Below, piece after piece: positions 37,975 to 51,379 of a stretch of DNA of 64,000 bases. This stretch comes from Monocercomonoides exilis PA203 (Eukaryota > Protista > Preaxostyla). The notes beneath the pieces are model-generated. The model saw only the letters and a program-made list of their open reading frames with translations. It did no database searches and was not told the DNA's origin. Location of the stretch: NCBI GenBank assembly GCA_001643675.2, contig LSRY02000020.1, positions 124,001-188,000 on the forward strand, written 5' to 3'. Numbering within the stretch: the stretch's first letter is position 1; each line of letters starts with the position of its first letter. The position numbers and the translations under genes were made by a program.

Positions 37975-40900
37975 TTATATTAGCCAAGTCAGCAGATGTT
38001 CCTTATCCTTAACTTTGTAATTATGCACAGGACTCGAATTGCCATATCTCTGCTTTAGGGTTCTAAAATCATTATCAATGGACGATAATCCACTCTCAAT
38101 CATTCTTGTTGCCATCGCTTTTTTGTCACTTTTATGTGCTCTGATAAAGTCTCTTGCCTCGTAAATATACAAATGAATAAAATACTCGGAATAATAGCTG
38201 TAATCGCTCCAATAGCAAACACTGTTACAAATCCCTTCAGCATAGTTAGCAGCAGCAAGCTCTCTGATAAGCTGAGGAGAGCGCATAATCACTCGCAGAA
38301 AGAGTCTGACGTAATTCATAAATGATGTCTGACTCCCTCTTCCACATTCGCTTTTGTAAAGAATAGTTGTCTGATGCAAGTTACGTGTGCCGTGCGTCCA
38401 AATGCAATCGCTTACAGGCTGTGGAAGAGGATGCACAGACAGCACATCGCTTGAAAAGAGAGGAACATAAAGCATCGGAGAATGGATTTCATTCGAGTAG
38501 ATACACGATGCAAAACAAGATCTTGTGGATATCATGTCAAGAAGTGCATACATGATTCTTTTATCCAGCACATTGCAGTAACCTCCTGCTTTGCTGTTCA
38601 AAATGTGAAGAAGTAATTGAAAAGCTGCATATAGAAGCTCATTTTCACAGCCTATAAAACTAAAGCATGATGGAAAAACGGAACAAGAGGGGACTGAAGA
38701 AGGCATCACGTCGCTTCCATTCAAAAAATATGTTCCGCTTTCAAAAACTTTTGTTGATCCTTTCATTCTCTGCTGATAAGTGTAAACTTCCTGAATGATT
38801 TCAGCAGCACGCCTTGCAGCTGACTGAATATTTTGTGCGCCAGCCGCACGAACACCAAAAGCGCATGTAGCAAAGCTGTCCATCGCATACAGCGCAGACA
38901 GAATGATTCGAGGGTGCGGAAACGACGAAAGCGCAAGTGCCCGAGAAAATGTGGAACGCGAATAAAGCGGACGCATTCTGAAATCTATTCCATTTTGTCC
39001 TGCAAAAGCTGACATGGCGGTTAATCCACTTTCCACTTTGACCAAAGGATCAACAGGAATTGACAGTTCAACGGAGTTGATCACATAATTCATATCAACT
39101 TCGTCTTCATCTTTTTCGGCATTCTCAGAAGAAGCACTGACATCATTAGGCAAAGTGCTTCCTTGTTTAATCTTCTGATCCCCATTTGAACTGCTGTTTG
39201 TCTGTGCACTTGAGAGCCGATCTCTTTGCAAATGAATTTGATTAGCAGATGACGGTGGAATATTGACACATGTTTTCCTTCTGATGTCTTCCATCTGCCT
39301 CATTTCGCTCTTAAGCTCTTCAAAAATGCAGCTGTTGCTTTCTTTTGCATCGCATCCTTCACACTCATCTGTTTTTGATGCTGATGATGAAGAGCTTGCT
39401 GCCTCTGCATTGCTTGCTGCGTTTTGAGACCTCAGCTCTTCCAACTTCTGCTCAAACACCATCTTCCACATATCTGCTTCATCGTCATTCACCAATGAAA
39501 TACACGACTGAACAATTGGATGCGTTTCAGAGGGATAGATCAGCTCAGAAGATGCTGTGCCTTCGACAACATTAGGAGGATCACAAGGGGCGCCAAGTGT
39601 CCAAAGTGGCTGAATGAAATGGTGGTGGCTGTCTTCCATCTGTTTTTCTTTTTTCACAGCCTCTGCTTCTTCTTCCTTCTCCTGCCTTGTCTGTTCAAAT
39701 GGGAACTTTTCACAAAGAAGCAAAGACAGCACCCCAGCAGCATCAGCAACACTATCATCCACAGCAGCCTCTGCCAACTTGTACAAACAAGAGCCAAGCG
39801 ATCTGAGAGTGCTGTTGAATCTTTGCTGCATCCGATAACGCCTCATGTAGTTGCTTGTCCAGTAATAGTAGTTATCGTCTTTTTCACTGTATTTGAAACG
39901 CTCAGAAACATAACGCATCATCAGATATACGGAAGGCAATAAATAAGGCTTAATCTTAACGTTCTCTGATGAAGCCGTTAACGAAGACGAAGCCGAAAAA
40001 TGAGTCTGCGAAGAACAAAGATTTATCAGCATCTCAATAAATGGCGATGTCAGAAGAGCAATCCAAAATGCCTCTCTCCAACGCACACACTCAGACACCA
40101 CCGCCAAACACGGCACAAGCAACTCCTCTGCGACTTGTGGAATGGCACGCACCAGTTCAGACACCATTCCCATCCGTGCCACTTTCAGCGCTGCTTCCTT
40201 TCGCCCTCTCACAAACCACCACAGCACCCTCAGCAGATCCTGTGCGAAGGTGCTGCTCGACGGCAAGGCATTTGATGAGACAGAAAAATGCTTCTTAAAC
40301 AGACGGTGGATGATGGAGAGAAAAGGAGAATGGAAGAGGAATGAGCAGATGGCCTGGTGGACAGACATTGTATGTGCGTGGCGGAATAACCATAGAAGAA
40401 GATTCAAACCTGATTGAGCTGTTTGTGGTTCACTGAATAAAAGAGAAAGATGATAGAGGAAAGAGGAATTAATAAATAATAAAATAGAATTTGAAATTCA
40501 AATAAAAAGAAATGAAATAGAAAGATAATTCAACGAAAACAATGCAAACCTCAACAGTAAAGCAGCATTTGTCACTTCTTCTGAAAGTGACCAGCTTTCT
40601 TTCAACGATTTTGGCAAAGTCTTTTTAACTTCTCCTTCTTTTTCTTTTTCTTTTATTTCATTTTCTTTGCCTGCTTTTTTGTCCATTTCACTATTCTGAC
40701 CAGAAAGAGTAATCCAATCTATTATCTTTTGTGCTTTTTTTCTAATCACAACATTTCTCATTGTCAAAGCAAATCCTAAAAATGACTGCAGACATTTAAA
40801 CGCATTGACATCTATTTCTTTCTTATATTTTTGCTTTTCTTTGAAAAATTCTTTTTCTTTTTCTAATTTTTCTTTCAACTCTCTTTCTTTTTCTTTTTCT

Positions 40901-42953
40901 CTATCTTTTTCTTCTGTTTGATCCTTTTTCTCTTTTGTCTCTTCTTCCTTTAACTCAGTTTCTTCTTTTTCTTCATTTTCTTTCACTTCTTTTTCACTCT
41001 TTTCATCGACTTCTACCAATCCAACATCATCTTCAGGTAGAAATCTCTCAATTGTATTCAAACAAGTCTCACAAAACAGATCAAACTGAGCATAGTTCTT
41101 TATCCATTCTTCTTCCTTTCTAACTTCTTCATCAATTGCATCTTGTTTCACTCGTTCAAATTCCTTTGCTGATTCTTCATCCAAAATGTTGAATCCCTTT
41201 TTGTTTCGCGTTCTTTTCTTTTTCGTTTTCAGTGCTGCTGCTTCGTCTGACACAAACTTATCAGCACGCGACTGCTTTGATATCTCAACATTGCCCTCAA
41301 AAAGACCATCATCATCATCTTCTTCTTCTTCCTCTTCTTCATCTTCATCTTCATCTTCTTCATCATCTTCATCACTATCCTCATCATCACTATCTTCTTC
41401 TTCTTCTTCTTCTTCTTTTCTCTTTTTTCTTTCAATTTTCTTGTTACTTGAAGAAGAAGAAGATGATGATGATGAGAATTCAAATAAAGAAAATGCTTTT
41501 GATTCAGTTTTTTGCTTACTTGAACTTTGTGATGAAGTCTTTGGTGAATCTTTTTTATTACTTGAAGATGAGACTGAGGCAGAAGCAAAAGCAGAACTTG
41601 CACATTTCGGAGGAGGTGATTTGGATGCTGCTTTTCTGACTGAAGAAGAAGAAGAAGTCTTTGCAGAAGGTGGTGGAGACAAGCTGATTTCTCTTTTATT
41701 CGATACAGCAGGCGGAGGAGATCGAGATTTCGATGTTTTTCCATTTTTTCCTTTGTTTTTGCCATTCTCTTTGTTTTGCTTCTGTTTTTTCTGTGCTGGT
41801 GGAGGTGAGACGGAATGCTTCTTCTTTTCGTCTTTGATCGCATTTGCAGTGTTCTCTTTACTTTTTCCTTTTTGTCCAGTTTCCTCTGGCTTTTTCTGGG
41901 TGATACTCGAAAAATCCATTTTTTGTGCTTTCTGCTGTTTTGAAGACTTTTCTTGTGGATTTCCTGAGGAATCCATAACAGATGCCGAGGCAGAGGCAGA
42001 GGCAGACGGAGAAACAGGAGGAGTTGAAGGAGGAGATGCAGGTGGTGATGTTGAAGACGCAGTTAGAGATAATTTTGGAGGCGGAGAGCGAGATTTTGAA
42101 GAGCACTTGAATGAACGTGAGGCAGATGAGCTTTGATCTGGAGGTGGAGATCTTCCTCTCCTTCTCTGCTGCATTCTTATTTCTTCTTCAAAATAGGGCT
42201 TTCGCTTCATCTCTTTCTCTATGCGTCTTGCAAGTCTTTCGAAAAACCCAATTTGAATCACTCCTGGAATAAATCTTGGGGTTGATTCAATCAATACACT
42301 AAATGAACATAGAAGTTCGAAAGTCTTAATCTTATTTCCAATGCAAAATAATCATACCCAATCCCACGTATTCCCTCAATTGCACAAATTGGATTGTCAA
42401 ACTGCAGTTAATATCATAAAAATGCAAAAAGGACTATCATTTCATGAATAATTTAATAATAAAACAAACGTCAACAAGAGCATTGAAAACGAAAGCAATT
42501 GCTTTTTGTTTTAGAGGCAATGAATTTGGGCAAAAGAGTCGAATAAGGTCCACTAAAATTTCAATTGATGCATTCTTGAAATACAAACAAAAATGAGTGT
42601 TAAAAAAAAGTGGAAAATTTTACCGAAAGATCTTTATTCTCTCTTGAAAACGACGAATCAACAAGAAATCGAATAAATGAGCTGTTTATAAGATCTGGAA
42701 GCCGCCACAACATATCTGAATTTTTCAAAAAGAAGAAAAAAAGAATAATCATTTTTCATTTTTCAGGGAAATAAATAAATTCAAGCCATCCGAGACAATT
42801 TTATGAAGCGTTTTAAGATGTCCCCAATGCGGATATAATTCTTCTCTTGAAATATCTTCCAACTTACATATATCTTTTGGAAGCTAATCAAAATCGACCA
42901 ATTATTCCATAAAATTAAAATGATTCCGAAGCTCATACCCATGGTAATGACAT
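37975..42953 (-). CDS. Hypothetical ~1500-aa protein with ARM/HEAT-like helical regions, SPPP repeats and an acidic tract
   Basis: ORFs 40498-42294 and 37975-40407 join in frame across a GTTTGC..CAG intron (ALLLS/EPQTAQSGLNLLLW). Several short 5' exons were reconstructed from ATG 42953. ARM-like segments include VARMGMVSELVRAIP and PFIEMLINL. Confidence 0.55.
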
Positions 42954-43167
42954 CTATCAAAACAAACCGATTGCAATGAATGGTGTGCCTCAAATAGATA
43001 TTTCTTAATTATGAAATCCCATAACATAAAGCTCTTCAAAACAATTGAGGTTTTTTTGAATTTTTTGAGTGTTTTCTTCAGAATAGGAAAGAAATTGATC
43101 AAACATTAAAAAATAAATCGAATGTTTCTAAATCTGATATTTTTTTCATCAACCACAATAAAATTAA

Positions 43168-46100
43168 ATGGCATTATTGGGAGTGCATGATTCCGATTCT
43201 CTTTTTGATTTTACTCATTTGCCCACAGAAAAGCCACAAAGCAAAATAAATTGTGCGCATGGATATGGTTTGAAGCTCAACAAATTTTATCGTCATTAAC
43301 AAAAATCTTCTAGAAAAAACACTCTTTTTTGGTCTTGATACAGGTGTTATAACCCAATATGACATCGAGACAAATGATGACGTTTCTGTTTGTTGAGTTT
43401 TTAGATGATGATTATAACTTTTTATTCATATTTTACATTAGCAAGCAATTTTCAAAAAAGAACGTTCAATCTCCAAAAAACCAATTCAAAGCATTTATGT
43501 TGTTACACGTCACGAACACATTCTTGTATTGGCTGGTTTGAATTTTTTATTTTTAAAGTTTTGGCTTTGTAATGAAGTGGAAATACACATCCCTGCTTTT
43601 ATTTCAAACTTTTGAAGATGGCTTGATTCACATATTAAGTCTCAGAAGCCTTGAAGAGCAGCAAGTTGTGAAAGCAAAAGGATGCACAAAGTTTGCTGTT
43701 GATGAAGGCAACAACGATGAAGGACAGAAAATTGCTGTTCTCACCGATTGTGTAACAATTTTTCAGTGGAAAATATCCGAATATGTTCCAATAACAGTTT
43801 GCATTGATTCACTGTATTCATTACTTTACTTTTTATACTCATTATTAAAAATAAGGAATCATATACTTGCCCTGATAAGCCAATTTCTTTGGCGTATTTT
43901 GATAATACTCTTTGCATCGGTTTTAAGTTTGCATATAATTTCATTCAAATTTTCACATTTTTGTTATCTTTAACCTCTTATTTCAAATCTTAAAAATATG
44001 CAGCAAACGATTTTCTGTGTTGAAGATAACGAAGCCTATTGGTTCTCCTATCATTACTGAAACAAAGAATCAGAGACCAGCTACGTTTATTGCGCATGTT
44101 AAAGAAAGCAATGTGATGGCAGTTGGAATCGGAGGTTTGGAGTAGCTCTTTATTTTTTTATCGACTTTTAAAAGCTGTCTCATCTTCAATTTTTGTTATA
44201 CTTATCAATTTCCATTGCTTTTTTTTTTTAACTTGTGTAAAATAAATCATATAATTTTTACCAAAATTATTCAGATCAAGTTTCATTTTACACTCCGTCT
44301 GTGCAATTAACCTCAAGTTATGAGCTTCCGGATGATCCCTCAGCATTTTCTTACAACACTTATGGTCTGCACTTTTAAGGGCTTTCAAAAATTTAATGTT
44401 AATGATTATTCTATTCTTCTATTTGTGTTGTCTGAAACGCTTTAACACATTTATTTTTTAATAATAAAAAAAATCTATTTTTAATCATCACACATTAAAA
44501 TCACAATAATTTCATTTCATTCTCTTCTCTCCCTCTCCCTCTCTCTCTCTTCCTCTCACATCCACCAGCCTTCTTCTCACCATACATGATCTTCGCCACC
44601 CGCACTGCCCTCGTCGTGTTCGATCCCATCCGCCTGAAGCCAATGCAGATCCTCCAACACGACTGCGGCTCGCCCGTTGCGCTGATCCCTCTGCGGAACG
44701 AGGTTGTGTTTGTGAAGGCGCCGACGATGATGAAGAAGACAGGCGTTAGCAGCATCGAGCTCTTCCGCCTGCATCCGCTCCCTGCTTTCCAGTCGCTCCT
44801 GATGAAGCTCAAAAACGCCGGTTTCGACGAGGCCAACGCAAAGTACGACGAGATGGTCAAACGTGGCTTCTTCGACGACCCGAAATACGCCGAGCCGCAC
44901 GAGAAGCGCATTGTGCAGAGGGAGCTGGGCATCTTTGGGCTGACACACGCTCCGTTCCACTTTGAGCAGGGGATGAGACACTTGGCAGACTCGAAGGCTG
45001 ATCCGAGGCTGGTTCTGGGAATGTTCCGCTCTTTTCTGCCAGGAGTGCCAAAGTACACAAAGCCGAGCTATTTCAAAGAGAGCGAGGAGAAGGCGAAGAA
45101 GAGGAGGAGGGGAAGGTTTGAGGAGGAGAAGGACATGGAAGATGCAGATGAGGAGGAAGGGAGAGATCTCAGAAAGAAGAGGAGGGGAGATGGTGTTCTG
45201 GATGAAGGTGATGATCTCAGCGACTTCGACGATGATGAGGACGATGACGATGAGGACGAAGAAGACGACGAAGACGACGAGGCAGAAAGAGAAGACGAAG
45301 AAGCTGAGTCTGCTCTTCATCCAGCAGATGGCAGTGGCTCCTTTGGTCCGCAGTCACCGCGCAGTCGGAGGAGAAGGAAGATGCAAAAGAGGAAGGAGGA
45401 AGAGTATTCAGAAGCTGAGCTCGCCATCAACTGCTGGAAGTGCATCGATGCGCCGTATGCCTTCTGCTGCCCCGAAGGTGAAACAACAAAGGACCTCCAG
45501 CAGTCTGAGTCCAGCTTCAGCCCCGTCACGCCCACTCTCCCTACCATCCCTCCTCCTCTCTCATCTTCTTCGTCACATTCATCGCTGCCACCGCCCCCTC
45601 CTCCCCAGCCGCTCCCTCCGCCTCCTCTGGATGGAGATGACACTCAACCCACAAACCTTTCAAGACGTGCTGTTCCACTCGACATCCAAAGGTGCATTCG
45701 TGTGGCGTGTGCAGCCCCGTCGCAGCAGGAGCAGACGGCTGAGCTGTTCAACAGGGCGCTTTTGGCGCTGGTGGAGTACTTGTTCACTGTCAGAGGCAGC
45801 TCAACAGCTGGCTCAGGGGCTGAAGACGGCGATATGAACAGCAGCACCGTTGGGCTGCTTGGAGAGAGGAGCAGCAAAGCAAGCGAAGTGGAGAAGAGGC
45901 TGGATGGCGTGGTGGACAACGCCCTCATCCGCCTCTGCTCATTCCTCGGGCTGAGCAACCTGACTGCCCTTGTCACTCTTCCTCCTCAAAAGTTCTTTGG
46001 TTCTTTTGTTGTGGCAAGACAGTCGCTTATTGGGGCACACCGATATAACCACCTTGCTCTGTTTCTGAGGGGACATGGGGACTTTGTGAGTGCGCTGGAC

Positions 46101-49037
46101 ATCTGGCGGCGCATTGGGCTGAAAGAGATAGCAGAAGAGACATTCATTGGCGATGGAGACAACAGCAGCAATAACGGCACAAACAGCAAAGGGATCAAGT
46201 CACCTGGTGTGAAGGCGATGTCACCATACACTCAGATCACAAAGCAGCCGAATGTGCTGGCGCCGCCTCTTTCGCCGCGCTCGTCGGTGCTCAAAGGCAA
46301 TAACAAGGACACGTTTTCTGACCCATCCATTGCGATGGCACTGACTGAGACGATACACACGCTGCGCAACTTCAGCAGCAGCAGCAGCCGAAACATCACT
46401 ACAACCACAGCCACCACACAGCAGATGAATGCATCACACGACAGAAACAACACATCGCAGGCAGCAAAGGAAAACGAGGCAAGACAAGAAAACGCAAAGA
46501 AAGCAGTGCGGAGAATGTCACACGACGTGTTTGACCCGTTTGCATCTCCTGGAGCATCTCCAACGATTTCTGAAGGAGGCAGCGAGATTGAAGGAGAAGG
46601 CGATGTGGATGAAGAGAGAGAGCACGAGAGAGACGAAGAGAGAGAAGACGAGCCGACGGAGGAGGAGCTGGAGTTCCGGTACTGGGAAGACTGCCTGTTC
46701 CACTTCAGTGTGTGGGTGATGAACACGCAGCCGCTGCGAGGCGTGGGCATCTTTGTGGACAGGGCAGAGTGCAGGGCGACAAACATCGACCGGACGCTGG
46801 AGTTTCTGATGGACCACGAAGAGAGCGTGGTGCTGAAGATGCGGAAGAGCAGCGAGAAGGCTCTGGCAGAGGGGCACACGTGGAACCAGCTGAGCGACGA
46901 GGAAATCGCCAGCGGTGTGTTCTATCTGAAGGAGAACTGGAGCGACCTCTTCTCGCAGAAGACGACGGAGCACATCTTCCAGCTGATGCTAGCGCCCACA
47001 CGCACCGCACTCAACACGAAGACGACGCTCTTCCCAGCTCCTCTGCTGTACACGCTCCCTCCTCTCCTCCAGTACCTCTCCTACGCCATCAGCACCCTCC
47101 ACACCGAAGACCCTGCTGTCCACTCCTTGTTCGCAGACAGGCTGGTCTCTTTGTGCCTCTCTCTAGCTGCCGAGCACCCAGATCACCTGAGAGCACGCAC
47201 AGGCGGAGGGCGGAGCGGCTGGATGAGCAGCAAGCCGTCTGCGGCGAATGCGTTCCAGATTCTCAATGGCCCCATCTGGACGTGGCCATGGCCGTCGCAG
47301 CTGAGAGAGCAGGAGAACATGCAGAGAGGATACCGAAGGCGGCAGCGCAGCACTCAGCTGCTGGATGAAGAGCCACTTTACACGCAGTTCCCTCTGCCGC
47401 CTCCGTCAGCAGGGACTGACACGGGGGTGCTTGGGCTGCTGAGGAAAGTGCTGGTATCCTTCCTGTCACACCACCTGGGCGTCCCCATTTTCACTCCTGT
47501 GCCTCCGCCGTCTTCTGCCAGTCAGCGCGGTGCAAGCAGCAGATACAGCATGCAGTCTTCGTATTCGTCATCTGCGTCTTCTTCTTCTTCCTTCTCCTCC
47601 TCCTCATTATCATCGTCATCTTCTACTTCTTCTACTTCATTCACATCCCGCAACTATGCCACACTTCCCGAGTGCCCACTTGATGTGCCCCATCTCATCC
47701 ATCGGCTGAGTGGCTCTACTCTTCTGTCAGAACTTGTGCTGCTGCTGGAGAAGGCCGGGCGTGTGTGCGAGCAGATCTACGTGGCAGCTGTGCTGATGGG
47801 CGACATAGAATACGCCGAAAGTATCGTCTACCGCACTCGCAACTCTGATGCTGCCTTGTCCCTCGTCTGCTGCGTGTCAAGAGGCCTTGTCAGCACCTCG
47901 CCAAACGCAGTGGCCAATCTGTCTGCTCAGCAGCTGTCCCAAAGGAAGCGCTTGCAGTCGGCCAGTGGCAACTCTCCTTCTCCATCTTCCAATCAGAAAT
48001 CTGCGTATCGTTCAGAAAAGGCACCCCTCCCACCTTCTTCGAGGACAGACAGAAGAGGCCCAGCACCTGCGCCTGTTCTGTCGCCAGAGGCGGGTGGACT
48101 GCGAAGAGAAAGCAGCAGCACTTCTGCTGAGCCATCTGCAAGAATACTGTCAGCAATGCAGGCAGCAGGCGTGGAGGCAAATGGGACGGAGGCTGCTCCA
48201 TCTGCCCCGGAGCCTCTCATGCCATCAATGGCATCTTCCTCTTCCTTATCTTCTTCTTCATCTTCTTCTTCATGCTCCCAGCCACTTGCTCCTCCCTCTC
48301 TCCCATCACGTCAGTCACATCCGCTTGCCCCGCCGTCGTCTGTCGGAAAGCAGTCTTTCTCTCGCTCGCTCGACGAGGCGCTTAAACTGGCACAGAAGTT
48401 CTCAGCGTTCATTCACCCGTCCCGCCTCATCCTCGCCTTCGACCCGATGACACCGCTGAAGCACCTCCTGCCCTTCCTCACGCGCTTCTTCCGCGTCATC
48501 CAGTCGTCCACTGCGCGTGTCGTGGCGCTGAGCTCAGCCAGACGAGGCATCGAGACGCGTGTTGCCGGCGAGAGTGTGCTCACACACAGGCGGATGAAGC
48601 AGATCGGCTACGAAACTGTGTGCGATGTGTGCCACCACGAGCTCGGCAGCAAAATGGTCGCCATCTTCCCAAATGGCTCCACTGTGCATGTGTCCTGCAT
48701 GAAGCAAGGAAATCCTGCAACTGAACCCTCTTCCTCTCCTTCTCCCTCTGCTTCGTCTGACACTCGATCACTTGGTGTTCCCACTCCTCCCTCTGCCTCT
48801 TCCCCTGCCCACTCGTCTTCCTTCGGCTTCTCTTCTCCTCTTGATGAGTTCTCTTCCGATCCTGCTCTCCCTGCTATCTCCCACCTCCCCCTGTGCCCTA
48901 TCACCGGATTCGACTTCACCAAGGCCAGAGGCATCGACACCATCCAGCTGAGGCACAGCGTGTTTGTAGACCAGCAGGGCCACTCGCTGAGATACGAGCC
49001 CATCCAGTTCGTCTCCACTTCGAATTTGCATCGGTAG
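43168..49037 (+). CDS. Vps3/TGFBRAP1 (Vps39-family) CORVET/HOPS tethering subunit, multi-exon 5' CNH domain
   Basis: Spliced 5' exons give KINCAHGY/EKTLFFGLDTGVITQY (CNH-like). Downstream are VVDNALIRL, RYNHLALFLRGHGDFVSALDIW and the C-terminal IGYETVCDVCHHELGSKMVAIFPNGSTVHVSC...CPITGFDF. ALxIW and TGxDF favour Vps3/TGFBRAP1 over Vps39. Confidence 0.8.
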
Positions 49038-50035
49038 GCACCTTTTGATTGCTGGTGTGTTTATTGTTTTTGCGATCGTGTGCTGCTGCTAGCTGCTGGC
49101 TGCATATAGTTTTGGATTATGAAAATGAAGAAAAATTGCTAAACGTTATTTTTTTTTTTAATTTGTGTTTCTATTTTTACACCTTTTTTATTTTCCTTTT
49201 AGCTGAAAGAATGAGTAAATTTTTTAAAAAAAGAAAGAAGATTTAAAGAAAAAATTATAAAAATTTTTAAATCGAGAAATTTTTATTTCAACAGGCTGTG
49301 CCAGTGAAATAAAATAATTTTGAACAAGAAATGAAAAGGATCTATCGCATGTTAATATCATCAGAGTATATGGCTGATCCTTTTAGAAATCACACTTTCG
49401 TTCGAGTTTTGATCAATATTATAATCTCAATGGGATTTTCGTAAAAAATGAGTTGAAATAGGGTTCACTTATTGTTTATGATATTGCTATTGCAAAAACA
49501 AATTTTGACACAAATCCCATTGAAAACAAAATTTCGATCAAAACTCGAACGAAAGAATGATTTCAAAAAGGATCAGCCATATGATCACCACAGAAAAATT
49601 GTTTTTTCAATATTTATATGTAAATATTGTTCAGAATTGCTCATCATATCTTATCGTATGTAATGCTAGCTTGTTGAATGGAGTGGTGATCATATAAGAA
49701 AAGGCATGAACAACAATTATATTTTTCCATTTTTCCATATGGACTTTTTTTCAGAATAAAAATCTATTTTTTCATCGGTGTGGCTAATGAAAAATGAAAC
49801 GAATATTCTTTATGTGATTGATCAGCTGACTCGAAGGCTTAATTCAATTCTGTCGGCAAAAGGGTATTATACCAGAACATTCAAAAATTCTTCCAATCTA
49901 TTAGTAACAATTTTTGATAAGTAATTATGCTATTTTAACTTGTAAATTTTGTGCGGAAACTCGTTTAAAAATTTTTTGAAAATTTTATGATCAAAAATTT
50001 ATTCACAATTTAAGTGAATGGTCAACATTTTTTTT

Positions 50036-51087
50036 ATGGCTGAACCAAATTTGATCTTGAAAGATAGAACAATTTCATTGATGAATCGCACATTTACTGA
50101 CGAAGAGAAAGCATTGAATTGGTATTTCACAGTGCTGCGAGATGGAATTTAACCAATGTGTTTAATTCACAAAATAGAACAAAATTGCAGAATGGAAGAA
50201 GGATACAGATATTGGATTTGTCCCAGATGCATTAAATTCAAAAGTTTAGTTCATGAAGGAACAGTATTCGAAAATATGAAAAAGCCCCTTAGAATTCCTC
50301 TGCTTGTATTACAATATCTCTGGTTTGAAATCCCAATCAAAACTGTTTCAATGTTATTGTCCGTGAACAGAAAAACTATATCATATTGAGCTAGTGTAAC
50401 GAGGTGCTGTTGCATGAGGATTTGGAACAGAAACCAGCACAAAATCAGAGGAGAGGAGAAGATTGTGAAGATAGACGAAACAGTCTGGAGAAGAAGGAAA
50501 TACCATAAAATAAATAAAAGAAATAGATTTGGATTCTTGGAGGAGTCGAAAGGTTAGAAGGAGGAGCATGTGACAGATTTATGATGATAGTTCCAGACAG
50601 AATCAAAGATACACTAATTCCGATAATTCTGGATCACATCAAATTTTGAACAAAGATATATTCTGACGAAAGGAAAGCTTTCCTATGTTTGAGTACGTTT
50701 GGTTATTTGCATGAAACAGTCTGCCACAAGCGGGAATTTCTCAATAAAGTGAATAAGGCATGTTCAAACACAATTGAAGGGTTATGGAAGCATTTGAGGT
50801 CATCTTTTCCTCAGTCCGGAATGAGAATAAAATATCTCGCAGATCAGATTGCAATGTTTTTGGTGAAAAGTTCTTTGAAGCTTAAGTTTGAAGATCTGAT
50901 GAAAGAGTTGATTCATTATGAACCTGATGAATTGATTGTAGAGGAAAATGAAATTATCGTGGAAATGGATGAAGAAGAAATCCCAGATGCAGATGGTATT
51001 CTTCCTGAAATTGAAGTAGAAGATAATTCAGATCCATTTTGGGCAGGAGACGGAGAAAGTTCGACTGAATATAGCACCTCAGAATAA
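50036..51087 (+). pseudogene. Merlin/IS1595(IS1016/ISXO2)-like DDE transposase pseudogene, copy 1
   Basis: Zn ribbon (C..H...WICPRC), HTH, IVKIDET, RRKYHK, WILGGVER, VPDR..TLIPII, IYSD, HETVCHK and NTIEGLWKHL. In-frame stops at ~50150, 50387 and 50647, plus a frameshift near 50520. Confidence 0.85.
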
Positions 51088-51379
51088 TTATTAATAACGT
51101 TTTCACATAATTTTTTTATTTTTAATATATAAAAATATCATGTCCCAGAATAATTTTTGATAATTTTGAAAATTCTTTATTTCAACACATAATGATTTCC
51201 TCACTCTGATATTTTGCATGAATAAATATAATACTATAATAAATACTTTTATCATAAAATAAAGCCAATTCTGATGTACAGGTATAGTACCTATTTGCCA
51301 TTATGTCCATTAAACGACAAACAGTTTCGTATTTGACGAATTGAATTGATGATGAACGGATAATTCTAATCACAAGATA

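Noticed and set aside
41186-42136. 316-aa plus-strand ORF and the many other 60-335-aa overlapping ORFs (e.g. 61304-62311, 30979-31746)
   Set aside because: They are antisense or off-frame shadows of low-complexity coding regions with no recognisable motifs.
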